From positions 110,186 through 174,185 of the forward strand of contig JAWAJB010000004.1 in assembly GCA_038888155.1 (NCBI GenBank): DNA of 64,000 nucleotides, read 5' to 3'. The DNA is from Desulfurococcaceae archaeon (GTDB lineage Archaea; Thermoproteota; Thermoprotei_A; Sulfolobales; Desulfurococcaceae). The notes beneath the pieces were generated by a model that worked only from the letters and a program-made list of their open reading frames with translations, was not told where the DNA came from and searched no databases. Of this stretch, positions 51,232 to 60,875 are shown one piece after another (position 1 is the first letter of the stretch; every line of letters begins with the position of its first letter). The translations under genes and the position numbers were made by a program.

Positions 51232-53813
51232 GCACTCAGGCAGGCCAAGTAACAGGCCTCTACAGTGCGAGCTTTGCGAGGGCCCTCCAAGCCCCTCACT
51301 ACCTCTTAGGAGTTTATTACGATGGCGTGCTAGGCAGAGCTGTTCTCGAGTTCCTCAGCAGCGATGGAGCAAAACTAATTAAGATACCAGATCCTTGGGG
51401 GCACAAGCCCTACTTTTTAACGGATGAGAGCATCGAGTCGATTAAAGAGGCTCTAGGCGGAGAAAAGGCGGTCGAGAGCGTTGAAGAGGTATACAAGATC
51501 AACCCCCTAACAATGCAGAGAGTGAAGGTCACAAAGGTATCCACAAAGGACCCTCTCGCTGTGAGGAAGATCAGAAGTAAAGTTAGGACAGCGTGGGAGG
51601 CAAAGATAAAGTACCACGCTAACTACATATTTGACTTCGGCTTAATACCTGGCATGCGCTATATGATCATGAATGAGGGCGGAGCCCCTAAGCTCACTCT
51701 ATTAGAGCCTAAGGTTCCCGAAGAAGTTGAGAGAACTATCGACAAAATACTAAAGAGCGAGGCAGAGCCTATTAAGAAGCTAGCAAGAGAGCTCGCCATG
51801 ATATTCGAGGAGCTGCCGCCTAAAGCCCTTAGGGCATCTATAGATGTTGAGGTCTACACCCCCTTCAAGGGCAGAGTGCCTAACCCCAAGCTAGCGGAGT
51901 ACCCTATAATAAGCGTGGCAATCGCTGGCAGCGACGGGTTCAAGAAGGTCTTCATATCGGCCCGCCCATTCAAAAATCAGTTCATGTACGCTGTAGAGGA
52001 CCTTTACCCAGTTGACGCCGAAATAGAGGTCTACGACTCCGAGAAGGCCCTCCTGCTAGAGTTCTACAGGGCTATCTCCAAGTATCCCATTGTGCTGTCC
52101 TACAATGGAGATAACTTCGACCTTGTCTACTTGTACACTAGGTCCCTCAGGCTTGGGCTACCGAGGTATCTAATACCCATACAAGTAGGAGAAGACATAG
52201 CTAGATTTGAGACCAGCGTGCACTTAGATTTGTACAAGTTCTTTTCAAACAGGGCAATTAAGAACTACGCCTTCGGGGGGAAGTACCAAGAGGATAAACT
52301 AGATGCAGTATCAAGCGCGCTACTTGGAATTTCTAAAATAGGCTTCGAGGAAACTGTCAGCGATATATCAACAGCGCTCCTAGTGGCCTACAACCTCAGG
52401 GATGCCGAGATAACTTTAAAGCTCACAACTTTCAGCGATGAGCTTGTCTGGAAATTAATGGTCCTCATGGCCCGCATCTCGAAGACGAGCATTGAGGAGA
52501 TATGCAGAAGGCAGATCTCAAGCTGGATACAGAACTTATTCTTCTGGGAGCACAGGCGGCTCGGCTACCTCATTCCGAACAGAGAGGATATAGCTAAACA
52601 TGTTAGGTCTACAACAAAAGCAGTTATAGAGGGGAAGAAGTATGCGGGGGCGCTGGTCATTGAGCCGCCTCAGGGGGTTTTCTTCAACGTAGTTGTTCTC
52701 GACATAGCGTCGCTGTACCCCAGCGTCATTAAGAACTACAACTTAAGCTATGAGACCGTGGATATGAGCTGGTGCAATAAGAAGCTAGACATAGCGGACG
52801 AAACAGGAAATAGGATTCACAGCGTGTGCGTGGACTCGCCTGGACTAAGCGCAGCTATTACGGGAATACTGAGGGACTTCAGAGTTGAAATTTACAAGAG
52901 GAGGTCTAAGGATAAGTCCTTGGCCCAAGAGCTCAAGGTTTGGTACGACGTAGTGCAGAAAGCCATTAAGGTTTTCGTAAACGCCAGCTACGGGGTTTTC
53001 GGAGATGAGAAGTTCTCGCTTTACTCTCCCGCTGTCGCTGAGAGCGTTACTGCACTTGGCAGAAGATCGTTTATGAACATTGTCCTAAAGGCCGCTGAAA
53101 TGGGGGTTAAAACCCTCTACGGGGACACAGACTCTATCTTTGTGTGGGATCCTTCGCCAATGCAACTCGAGCTCCTTCAGAGGTGGATACAGCAAACGCT
53201 GGGCTTAGACATAGAAGTTGATAAAGAATTTGTATTCACTATCTTTACGGGGCTAAAGAAAAACTACCTAGGCAGGACAAAGGATGGAGACATAGAGATA
53301 AAGGGACTCGTCGTTAAAAAGAGGAACGCCCCTGAGTTAATAAAGATAATATTCAACGACATTATAGAGAAGTTGAGGAGCGTTAACGGCCCAGAGGAGT
53401 TCATAGAGTTCATCAATTGGCTAGAAAGGGCAGCTAAAGAGTATTACCACGGCTTGAGGCAGAGAGAAATGCCCATTGACCTATTAGCGATTAAGACAGC
53501 GCTCACTAAGAACCCCTACTCGTACACTAAGAATAAGCCGCCGCATGTAAGGGCAGCCCTTCAGCTGAGGCGCTACGGAATAGACGTCCAGGAGGGAGAC
53601 ATAATAGTAGTTGTCAAAGTCAAGGGGGGCGACGGCTACAAGGCAATACAGCTGGCTAGGCAGCACGAAGTAGACCCCGAGAAGTACATAGAGGTGCTGA
53701 GGTCTGGACTGGAGCAGTTCCTCTTAGCTCTAGGCATAAGATGGGAGGACATTGCTGGCGGAAACGAGCTCGGTAAGTTCTACACCCATAAAAATCGAGT
53801 TGAGTACGCGTGA
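51228..53813 (+). CDS. Family B DNA polymerase (crenarchaeal PolB1)
   Basis: DVEV and YNGDNFD exonuclease motifs, DIASLYPS, KVFVNASYG, YGDTDS, KKNY; no intein. Confidence 0.96.
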   Translation: MSTQAGQVTGLYSASFARALQAPHYLLGVYYDGVLGRAVLEFLSSDGAKLIKIPDPWGHKPYFLTDESIESIKEALGGEKAVESVEEVYKINPLTMQRVKVTKVSTKDPLAVRKIRSKVRTAWEAKIKYHANYIFDFGLIPGMRYMIMNEGGAPKLTLLEPKVPEEVERTIDKILKSEAEPIKKLARELAMIFEELPPKALRASIDVEVYTPFKGRVPNPKLAEYPIISVAIAGSDGFKKVFISARPFKNQFMYAVEDLYPVDAEIEVYDSEKALLLEFYRAISKYPIVLSYNGDNFDLVYLYTRSLRLGLPRYLIPIQVGEDIARFETSVHLDLYKFFSNRAIKNYAFGGKYQEDKLDAVSSALLGISKIGFEETVSDISTALLVAYNLRDAEITLKLTTFSDELVWKLMVLMARISKTSIEEICRRQISSWIQNLFFWEHRRLGYLIPNREDIAKHVRSTTKAVIEGKKYAGALVIEPPQGVFFNVVVLDIASLYPSVIKNYNLSYETVDMSWCNKKLDIADETGNRIHSVCVDSPGLSAAITGILRDFRVEIYKRRSKDKSLAQELKVWYDVVQKAIKVFVNASYGVFGDEKFSLYSPAVAESVTALGRRSFMNIVLKAAEMGVKTLYGDTDSIFVWDPSPMQLELLQRWIQQTLGLDIEVDKEFVFTIFTGLKKNYLGRTKDGDIEIKGLVVKKRNAPELIKIIFNDIIEKLRSVNGPEEFIEFINWLERAAKEYYHGLRQREMPIDLLAIKTALTKNPYSYTKNKPPHVRAALQLRRYGIDVQEGDIIVVVKVKGGDGYKAIQLARQHEVDPEKYIEVLRSGLEQFLLALGIRWEDIAGGNELGKFYTHKNRVEYA

Positions 53814-53878
53814 TATCTAGCAGATATGTAAGGGATAAAAACGTATTTAACTATCCTAAAGCCTGTAGGTGATCTATA

Positions 53879-54166
53879 TTGCCCAAGAAGAGGGAGAGCA
53901 GAGGTCGTAGAAAAGGAGATAAGGGATACGTAGAAAGAGTGCAGTGCGACAACTGCGGTGCCTTAGTTCCTTCAGACAAGGTTGTCTGCGTGACGCGCAT
54001 GTACAGCCCAGTTCCTCCTGGGCTAGCAGACGAGCTCGAGAAGAAAGGAGCCATAGTAATGAAGTACCCAGTGAAGAAGTGCTACTGTATATCTTGCGCT
54101 GTCCACAGCGGGCTAGTAAAGGTAAGAGCAGAAGAGGAGAGAAAGCCCAAGCAGGTTCCGACATAG
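53879..54166 (+). CDS. rps26e: 30S ribosomal protein S26e
   Basis: MPKKRESRGR, CDNCG..VP.DK, YCISCAVH. Confidence 0.97.
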   Translation: MPKKRESRGRRKGDKGYVERVQCDNCGALVPSDKVVCVTRMYSPVPPGLADELEKKGAIVMKYPVKKCYCISCAVHSGLVKVRAEEERKPKQVPT

Positions 54167-54188
54167 ATATAAGCTTTTAAAGATGTAG

Positions 54189-54557
54189 TTGATAACCCTA
54201 GAATGTGTAAAGGATGATATTATGAAAGTGCTTAAAGTAGTAATTGTAACAGCTGAGCACCACCCATACCACAAGCTCTGGACAAAGATCGCCGAGAGGT
54301 TGAGCAACGCCTTAAACGCGCCTCTCGAGGTTAAAATAGAGGATTACGTCTACCTAGTAGAGCACGGAGATAAGGACGAGTTCGGCATGAGCTGGCTACC
54401 GCAAATACTCGTGCAGCTAGACGACAACACTATTTACCCTGTTTTGTCTAGGCTCCCGCTTAATGAGAGGCTAGACCCAGACGAGGACAAAGCTATTGAG
54501 GAGATGATTAAAAAGCTGCAATCGCTTGGCGTTGAAACCCCTCAACCCAGCGTTTAA
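54189..54557 (+). CDS. Conserved hypothetical protein (thioredoxin-like fold, no CxxC)
   Basis: HHPYHKLW, EDYVYL, DEFGMSWLPQ. Confidence 0.6.
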   Translation: MITLECVKDDIMKVLKVVIVTAEHHPYHKLWTKIAERLSNALNAPLEVKIEDYVYLVEHGDKDEFGMSWLPQILVQLDDNTIYPVLSRLPLNERLDPDEDKAIEEMIKKLQSLGVETPQPSV

Positions 54558-54591
54558 AGGCTAGAAAATCGTAAGTTTTACGGGGGGTTTA

Positions 54592-55071
54592 ATGGTTTTA
54601 GTCCCCTACGTCCCTACGCCCTACCCTGTTGTCAGAGCCATGCTTAAGGTCGCGAATGTAACCCCCGAGGATGTAGTCTACGACTTAGGGTGCGGAGATG
54701 GCAGGGTCCTCGTCGTTGCAGCCAAAGAGTTCAACGTGAAGAGGGCTGTAGGCATAGAGATAGACCGCGAGAAGTACAAGCTCGCTCTGACTAAGATACG
54801 AGATGAGGGAGTTGAGGGCAGGGCAGAGGTTATACACGGTGATTTCTTCGATATGGACATTGGCGATGCCACCGTTGTAACTCTATTCCTGTTGACATCT
54901 GTCAATGAGATGCTTAGGCCTAAGCTCGAGCGCGAGTTAAAGGATGGTGCTAGAGTAGTGAGCCACGAGTTCAGAATACCGGGCTGGAAGCAGGAAAAGA
55001 CCGTTGAGGTTAGGGACGACAGCGGGTTGATTCACACTGTCTACTTATACGTTAAGGGCAGGCACTTCTAG
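54592..55071 (+). CDS. SAM-dependent protein-lysine methyltransferase (crenarchaeal aKMT-like)
   Basis: VPYVPTP, YDLGCGDGR, FLLTSVN, VVSHEF. Confidence 0.85.
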   Translation: MVLVPYVPTPYPVVRAMLKVANVTPEDVVYDLGCGDGRVLVVAAKEFNVKRAVGIEIDREKYKLALTKIRDEGVEGRAEVIHGDFFDMDIGDATVVTLFLLTSVNEMLRPKLERELKDGARVVSHEFRIPGWKQEKTVEVRDDSGLIHTVYLYVKGRHF

Positions 55072-55836
55072 CACTCTCCTTGCAAAGACAATATACCCTG
55101 TGTGCCCAATCATTCGAGTCAAAGGCCTGACGGCTTCTTTTTCAACATGGTACTCGCGCAGCAGTAGCTCGTATGCGTGTATATCCTGGAAAATCTTGGA
55201 CTCTCTTAAGGCGATAACTGTTTTCTCGACCTGGTTTACAGTTGGAACATATACCAAGATAGGCGAAGACGCCTTAAGGGCTCTGCCCACGCTAACTACT
55301 GCATCCCACGGATCTGGCATGTCTAGGAAAAAGGCGTCGAGGGGCTCTACTTCAATTGCTTCCCTTACGTCTCGGTTGCTCAAAATGACTCTGCGGCTTA
55401 ACCCGGCTGCCTCCAAGTTAATGCCTGCAGTTTTTAGTGCGTCCTCGGATATATCAAACCCGTACACTTTGCCCTCATCGCCCACAACTGAAGCTAAGGC
55501 AATAGTTAGAGACCCTGTTCCAACACCTGCTTCCCCCACCCTGCTACCTGGACCTATCCCCGAGAGGTAGAGCATTAGCGCAGCATCCTTAGGGTGAATT
55601 ATTTGCGTTTTCCTCTTTAGCCCAAATATAAAGTCGTGTCTCATTGGCTTCAAGAGAGTAGCTGGCGCATTAGAGCTCGTGCTAACTACTGAGCCGTAGG
55701 GCAAGCCAACTATATCGTCGTGGAGTATGTAGCCCTTATCTGTGCCGAGCACCTTGCCTCTTTCAACTCTGATAACGAATCTCCTCTTGTCGTCTATTAA
55801 GACGAGAACTCTATTTCCTTCGCGTATGAGCTCCAT
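55045..55836 (-). CDS. trmI: tRNA (adenine-N1)-methyltransferase TrmI
   Basis: TQIIHPKD, EAGVGTGSL, LDMPDPW, HTGYI. Confidence 0.95.
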   Translation of the reverse strand: MELIREGNRVLVLIDDKRRFVIRVERGKVLGTDKGYILHDDIVGLPYGSVVSTSSNAPATLLKPMRHDFIFGLKRKTQIIHPKDAALMLYLSGIGPGSRVGEAGVGTGSLTIALASVVGDEGKVYGFDISEDALKTAGINLEAAGLSRRVILSNRDVREAIEVEPLDAFFLDMPDPWDAVVSVGRALKASSPILVYVPTVNQVEKTVIALRESKIFQDIHAYELLLREYHVEKEAVRPLTRMIGHTGYIVFARRVLEVPALNV

Positions 55837-55846
55837 TAGCTAATCT

Positions 55847-55901
55847 CCTAAGCCCCGGTATCATTCATCATTTACTCAGCAATACCAGCTCTCAGCACTA
55901 G
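55847..55901 (-). ncRNA. Box C/D sRNA candidate directly upstream of trmI
   Basis: Minus strand: GTGCTGA-GAGCTGGTATTG-CTGA-GTAA-ATGATGA-ATGATACCGGGG-CTTA; two 12-nt guides; ATTAAA box about 25 nt upstream. Confidence 0.7.
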
Positions 55902-56302
55902 TATCTGTTTTGAAAAGAGAGGCTTTAATCTTTTGTGCTATTTGTGCAAAAGCCATTTGAGCTAGGTACTTAGCGAGGATTGAAATCCTGCGTTTAGTTC
56001 AAGCTTAGGCGCTTGCTTAGTCTTCCCCGAGTGCTTAAGAGCCTATTCCCTTGAACACTCGTTGCGCATCCCTGAGGAAGAGCTAGGTAATCGCAATTGC
56101 AAATTGAGCGCAACTAGAGAGTAGCCAATGCAACTAGAGGAGCTCGGCGAGGCTACAAATAAGCTGGAGCGGTTGCAGCTAAATAACATTGCGGAGAAGT
56201 TGTAGATTAGATCTTTTTTATTTAAAAACTGTGCGAACGCAACTATGCCGAAGTTTTAACATACAGCTAAGAGGTCCTGGCGTTAAAAACCTTTGCTCTC
56301 CA

Positions 56303-56479
56303 CTAACGTAGCTCTACTTCCTTGATCCATAGCTCTTTCCTAAGCAGATCTCTTATGGCCATTCTGATGACCTCGCTTCTGTTCCTGTACTTACCTATCT
56401 TAACTAATTCGTCTATTCCCTCAATGTACAGCTCAGGCATCTTAACCGTTATGAGTCTCAACCGGGGTCTTTCGAACAT
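56303..56479 (-). CDS. Ribbon-helix-helix regulator, aCcr1/CdrS-like (58 aa, not in track)
   Basis: [51 protein letters not shown]; GGTG SD. Confidence 0.88.
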   Translation of the reverse strand: MFERPRLRLITVKMPELYIEGIDELVKIGKYRNRSEVIRMAIRDLLRKELWIKEVELR

Positions 56480-56494
56480 CTATTTAACACCAGT

Positions 56495-57970
56495 TTACAA
56501 TGCTATAGTAATTGCTTTTAAAAACCAGGGCAGCCTCTTAAGGGCTTTTGCAAACAAGCCCAGTGCTTCTCTCCACGCCCTCAGTGCCTTTAAAAGAACG
56601 TCGCTGTCAGCTATAATGGCGTACATGAAGCTAGCGGCGTTTATGTACACTAATGGCTCTAGGTGTATAGCGTAGAAGCTGTACTGGGTCCTGCTCCCCA
56701 AAGCCCAAATTAAGATGTAGCCTAGCCAAATCCCCGCGTAGAGCATAAGGGGGCTTACGTTCTTGCGCATATCTCTTAGAGTCAACGGCACGAAGAGGAC
56801 AACAAGGGCCAGAGAGAGAGCCCATAGGGGAACAAGTCCTCGAGCGTATACTGCCTCCCCGCTTGGGTAAATGTACAGGGTAAAGCTGTTCTGCCCCATA
56901 AGCCAGTCCCAAGGCGCTGAGCTTATAGGGCAGGAGGGCCCAGTGCACTTAGTGCTCAAGTGCCACTTCAACGCCCCAACCAGTGCGGTATTAAACCAGC
57001 TACTCAAGCCCATGTAACTTATTAGAGGTATAGACGCTAAGGTTAATAGAGAGAGGTAGAGGACAGCTACGATGAATAGGTAATATAAAAGCGAAAATGC
57101 AAACCTCCAAAGGCTCCTCTTGCCCCCGCTACTAGCTTCATCCCAAGACACAAGGAGAGCTAGGGGCAGAGCTGTGAAAAGCCCTGATGCCTTAAACAGC
57201 CCCCCAATAGCAGCCGTGAAAAGCGCTAGCCTGTACCTCTTGCTCAAAGCCATGTAAAGGGAGAGGACAGCAAAGAAGGCCACGTAGCCGTCCAGCAGCA
57301 CAATGCTGAAAACTGCCCTAGAGAGGGGGTCAATTGCTGCGAGAGCTGCTCCAAGAGCAGATGCAACTACGCTCCCAGTGAGCTTAAGGATAGAGAGGTA
57401 CACTAGTATGGCTGTAAAAACACCTAAAGTAACTACGGGCGTTCGCCAGTAAAAAGGCGTATCGCCGAACAAGAGCATAACTAAAGAAACCAAGTACTTG
57501 CCGAGCGGCGGGTGCTCCCAGTTAATGTAGCTGTTAATGCCGCTGTTGTCAGGCATAATCCAGCCTGGAACTACGTCAACAACTCTGTGGCTTTCATTAA
57601 TTGCCTCGATGAATGCGTAAACTGCGTTTTTATCCCCCGAAATATACACTGCGGGTAAATTCTCGAAGTCTGTCCTCGCCTTTAAGCCTAAGCCCTTGGC
57701 AATCCCCTGGACTAGTGTGGGGCTGGGCCTCCACGCAAACACTACTGTTGCCCCGTAGCCTTCATCCTGCTTAGGCTCTGCTCCAAACAACTTGCAGAGC
57801 ACAACCCTTGCTGAAGAAGCGTACCAAGTTTCATCAGTTACGTACCCCCTCCCCCCGCGCTCAACTTCTATCGCGTAGAGCTCGTAGGCTGTAGAAGCGT
57901 AAATATATGCGGCTAGGGAGGCCACTAACAGCAACACAACTAGCTCAGCTGATCTTCTGCATGTCTTCAT
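56495..57970 (-). CDS. GT39/PMT-family membrane glycosyltransferase
   Basis: DE.WY, EHPPLGK, multiple TM helices, SAPWDW, QYSFY. Confidence 0.85.
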   Translation of the reverse strand: MKTCRRSAELVVLLLVASLAAYIYASTAYELYAIEVERGGRGYVTDETWYASSARVVLCKLFGAEPKQDEGYGATVVFAWRPSPTLVQGIAKGLGLKARTDFENLPAVYISGDKNAVYAFIEAINESHRVVDVVPGWIMPDNSGINSYINWEHPPLGKYLVSLVMLLFGDTPFYWRTPVVTLGVFTAILVYLSILKLTGSVVASALGAALAAIDPLSRAVFSIVLLDGYVAFFAVLSLYMALSKRYRLALFTAAIGGLFKASGLFTALPLALLVSWDEASSGGKRSLWRFAFSLLYYLFIVAVLYLSLLTLASIPLISYMGLSSWFNTALVGALKWHLSTKCTGPSCPISSAPWDWLMGQNSFTLYIYPSGEAVYARGLVPLWALSLALVVLFVPLTLRDMRKNVSPLMLYAGIWLGYILIWALGSRTQYSFYAIHLEPLVYINAASFMYAIIADSDVLLKALRAWREALGLFAKALKRLPWFLKAITIAL

Positions 57971-58212
57971 CCCAGCACCTTACCAACTTTGTGCCTCTAC
58001 TGCAACATACCTGCAAAGGATTATTTAGGCGTAGAAGCTAAGGAAAGCATCGCTTTAGAGCGAGGAAAAATTCGTTGGCTGTTATGACATGTAGCACAGG
58101 TACAATAGCGTAGTCGAGCCCGTGCAGTAGTTTAAGCTGAATATCCCTCCAAGTGACCGATCTCGAATCAACTTTATTTACTCAGCGCTTAATAGATAAT
58201 TAAGGTGCTCGT

Positions 58213-59649
58213 ATGGGTAGCATTCTCATAAAGAACTCCATAGTTTTCACTATGAGGGGAGAGGGCTTAGGCGTTATTGAAGATGGAGGAATTTACGTAG
58301 AGGACGATGAAATAGTCTACGTTGGGAGCACGAGCGAGGTCCTGCAGAGAGGCTACAAAGGAGATTACGTTATAGATGGAGAGCACTCAAAAGTTGTCCT
58401 CCCAGGCTTCGTGGACTGCCACATTCACACGAGGCACACTCTCGTTAGAGGACTTGCGCAGGATGTCCCCGAGGCAGAGTGGATGCACAAAACAATTTTC
58501 CCATTTTCATCGCACTACAGGGAGGAGTACTTAATCCCCTCTACTATGCTCTCTATAGTTGAGGGAGTTAAGTACGGGACTACTACCTTTAGCGACTACG
58601 ACTACCCAGTAAAGCCAGCTCTCGAAAAGGCATACATACCCCTAGGGCTGAGAGTTGTCGCTACTCCAACAATTAACGCAATTCCCGAGTCCCCCAGGCT
58701 CAGCACGGAGTCCCTCTACCCATTTGACGACGAGAAAGCGTACAGACGCCTGGAGGAGAACTTAAGGCTGTTCAAGGAGTACCACGGAAAGCTCGGGGGG
58801 CGCGTCCACGTACTGTTTGGGCCTCAAGCTGTAGATATGATCCCTCTTCACATCCTCAAGGAGATCTTCTCAAAGGCCAAAGAGGTAGGCGCCCTCCTCC
58901 ACATGCACGTAGCCCAAGGAGGAAGGGAGCAAAAGCAAATCATGGGGCGATACGGCGTGCCGACTGTCTCCCTCCTCGCGAGGGAGGGAATGCTGGGAAG
59001 CGATTTAATAGCCGTTCACTGCCACTACGCGTCTGAGGAGGAGCTGAAGCTAATGGCAGAGAGAGGGGTTAGAATGGTCTCCTGTCCCTCTTCAATAGCA
59101 GTTATAGACGGCATTGTTCCGCCGCTGGCTAGGTACATAAAGTACGGAGGGCTAGCTGGGCTGGGGACAGATCAAGCGCCTGGAAACAACAACCAGAACA
59201 TACTCGCAGAGCTTAAGGTAGCCGCGCTGCTCAACAAAACTAAGGAGGGAGATCCTACTGTTTTACCGGCTTGGAAAGTGCTGAGAGTTGCAACTATAGA
59301 GGGGGCAAGGGTCTTGGGTATAGATAAATACGTTGGCAGCATTGAGCCTGGCAAGAAGGCAGATCTTGTGGTATTCAGCTTGAAGCACCCCACCTTAACC
59401 CCGAAAATACTCTGGCCTGTGAGGAACGTCGCACACAACATAGTCTACGCGGCGAGAGGAGAAGAGGTAGAGTACGTCGTAGTAAACGGCAAAGTCGTGA
59501 AGGAGAACTACAAATTAACGTTCGTTAACGAAGAAGAAGTGCTCAGAGAGGCTCAAAAAGCCGCTGAAAAGCTAGTAAGAGAGGCTGGCCAAGACTACTT
59601 AGCTGCAAAGTCCCTCATGGTTAAAGAGTTCGAGAAGGGGCTCTTCTAG
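58213..59649 (+). CDS. Amidohydrolase (MTA/SAH deaminase/AtzA-like family)
   Basis: PGFVDCHIH, HMH, GTD, GSIEPGKKADL. Confidence 0.9.
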   Translation: MGSILIKNSIVFTMRGEGLGVIEDGGIYVEDDEIVYVGSTSEVLQRGYKGDYVIDGEHSKVVLPGFVDCHIHTRHTLVRGLAQDVPEAEWMHKTIFPFSSHYREEYLIPSTMLSIVEGVKYGTTTFSDYDYPVKPALEKAYIPLGLRVVATPTINAIPESPRLSTESLYPFDDEKAYRRLEENLRLFKEYHGKLGGRVHVLFGPQAVDMIPLHILKEIFSKAKEVGALLHMHVAQGGREQKQIMGRYGVPTVSLLAREGMLGSDLIAVHCHYASEEELKLMAERGVRMVSCPSSIAVIDGIVPPLARYIKYGGLAGLGTDQAPGNNNQNILAELKVAALLNKTKEGDPTVLPAWKVLRVATIEGARVLGIDKYVGSIEPGKKADLVVFSLKHPTLTPKILWPVRNVAHNIVYAARGEEVEYVVVNGKVVKENYKLTFVNEEEVLREAQKAAEKLVREAGQDYLAAKSLMVKEFEKGLF

Positions 59650-59765
59650 TCTATGTCGATTTTTATCTCTTCTAAATCCTGTACTCGAGAATGATTTCTC
59701 TTTATGTAGTTCAATTGAAAGCACAGAAATAATGGAGTTTCAATCATCATTTAAAAAGCCGTGCA

Positions 59766-59975
59766 TTAAATAAGAAAATAGAGCCGGGGTCGCCCAGCCT
59801 GGTAGGGCGCCGGCCTGCTAAGCCGGTGGGGGAACACCCCGCGCGGGTTCAAATCCCGCCCCCGGCGCCACTCCTCATAAACACCCACGATATCCTCCAC
59901 AGGACCAACGTACTTATCCCCATGGTACAGGTAGAACCTACCCTTCACAACTTTAACCCTCCAGGTAGAGGGCAT
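59766..59975 (-). pseudogene. SSV-type integrase N-terminal fragment int(N) reading into the tRNA
   Basis: VKGRFYLY...KYVGPVEDIVGVY resembles the SSV Int N-terminus, then runs antisense into the tRNA 3' half; GGGGGT SD and TTTTATA box upstream. Confidence 0.8.
59783..59870 (+). tRNA. tRNA-Ser(GCT), CCA encoded; integration target
   Basis: CCGGC-CT-GCT-AA-GCCGG, variable arm, GGTTCAAATCC. Confidence 0.96.
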
Positions 59976-60112
59976 TGGTTACCCCCGCGATGTGGATACA
60001 CCTTCGAGGTATAAAAAGTGTATTGGGAGACTTGATGGAGGGGTAACTCTATGATAACTCTAGGATTTTCGTAGATTGTTGAGGGCTAGATCTACTCACT
60101 AGGGTGGAGTTC

Positions 60113-60270
60113 GTGAGGGTCTTGATCACTGGGGGTGCGGGTTTATTGGTCATAATGTAGCGTGCTACCTAGCTAAGAGGGGGTACGATGTTGTAGTTGT
60201 TGACACTATGGAGAGGTCGAGTGCTTTCGCTCTGAGGAGACTCGAAGATTTAACAAGGCAGGTAAGGTAA
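60113..60270 (+). pseudogene. NAD-dependent epimerase, N-terminal remnant with frameshift
   Basis: MRVLITGGAG / 1-nt deletion / IGHNVACYLAKRGYDVVVVD, then truncated. Confidence 0.85.
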
Positions 60271-60875
60271 TTTTCGTAGGACCTTTAATACTGACAGCAT
60301 TGTTTTTCTATTTTACTAAAAATTTTATCGATTAAAAATTAGAGAAACTAAAATTATGAAAACCAAGATTCCTGAAATATTTACACTTTTATCTGTGTTC
60401 GTATTATCGTCAATCTTAGTAACCTTAAAGTAACCTTAAACTATGGCATACCACGAGTAATTTCAGGAAACCTGCGTAGATGTTGAAACGTGTTTTAAAC
60501 CCCTGATTAAAACTTACGTTATAACACCTCATGCTATTTTGTTAGTGGAGTTTGTAGGAAAGCACATTACTAAAGAGGCGAGTCTTACCGCATCAATCAC
60601 AAACCTATCTCCTCGCAATTACATTGATATCATTTCTGATAGAGTGAATAAACGGGAACCAATACTCGATATTTATCACCCTGAGAGCATAAATTTGAGT
60701 GTTAAAGAAGTCTTATGCAATAAACAGGGACTTTTACTCTTTATGTCTTAATCCTTTAACTATGTCCCATCGGAACTATCAGGGTTCGATGCCCCCTTAA
60801 ATTATCAATGATGTATGTTCAAAAACTATAAACGCCATCTATAATAATGGAGGTGTAAACGTGATGTTAAATAAG
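60255..60875 (+). pseudogene. Decayed 3' part of a membrane-protein gene
   Basis: Broken hydrophobic segments, 11-bp tandem duplication, YVP/IGT and NAIYNNGGV matching the 63781 ORF. Confidence 0.55.

Noticed and set aside
51228-53813. Inteins or protein-gene introns in PolB1, RNAP, aIF5B, EF-2 or Cdc6
   Set aside because: All have normal lengths and contiguous motifs
56110-56205. GCAACTAGAG direct repeat and 25-codon ORF MQLEELGEATNKLERLQLNNIAEKL
   Set aside because: Two copies only, no clear SD, too short to support
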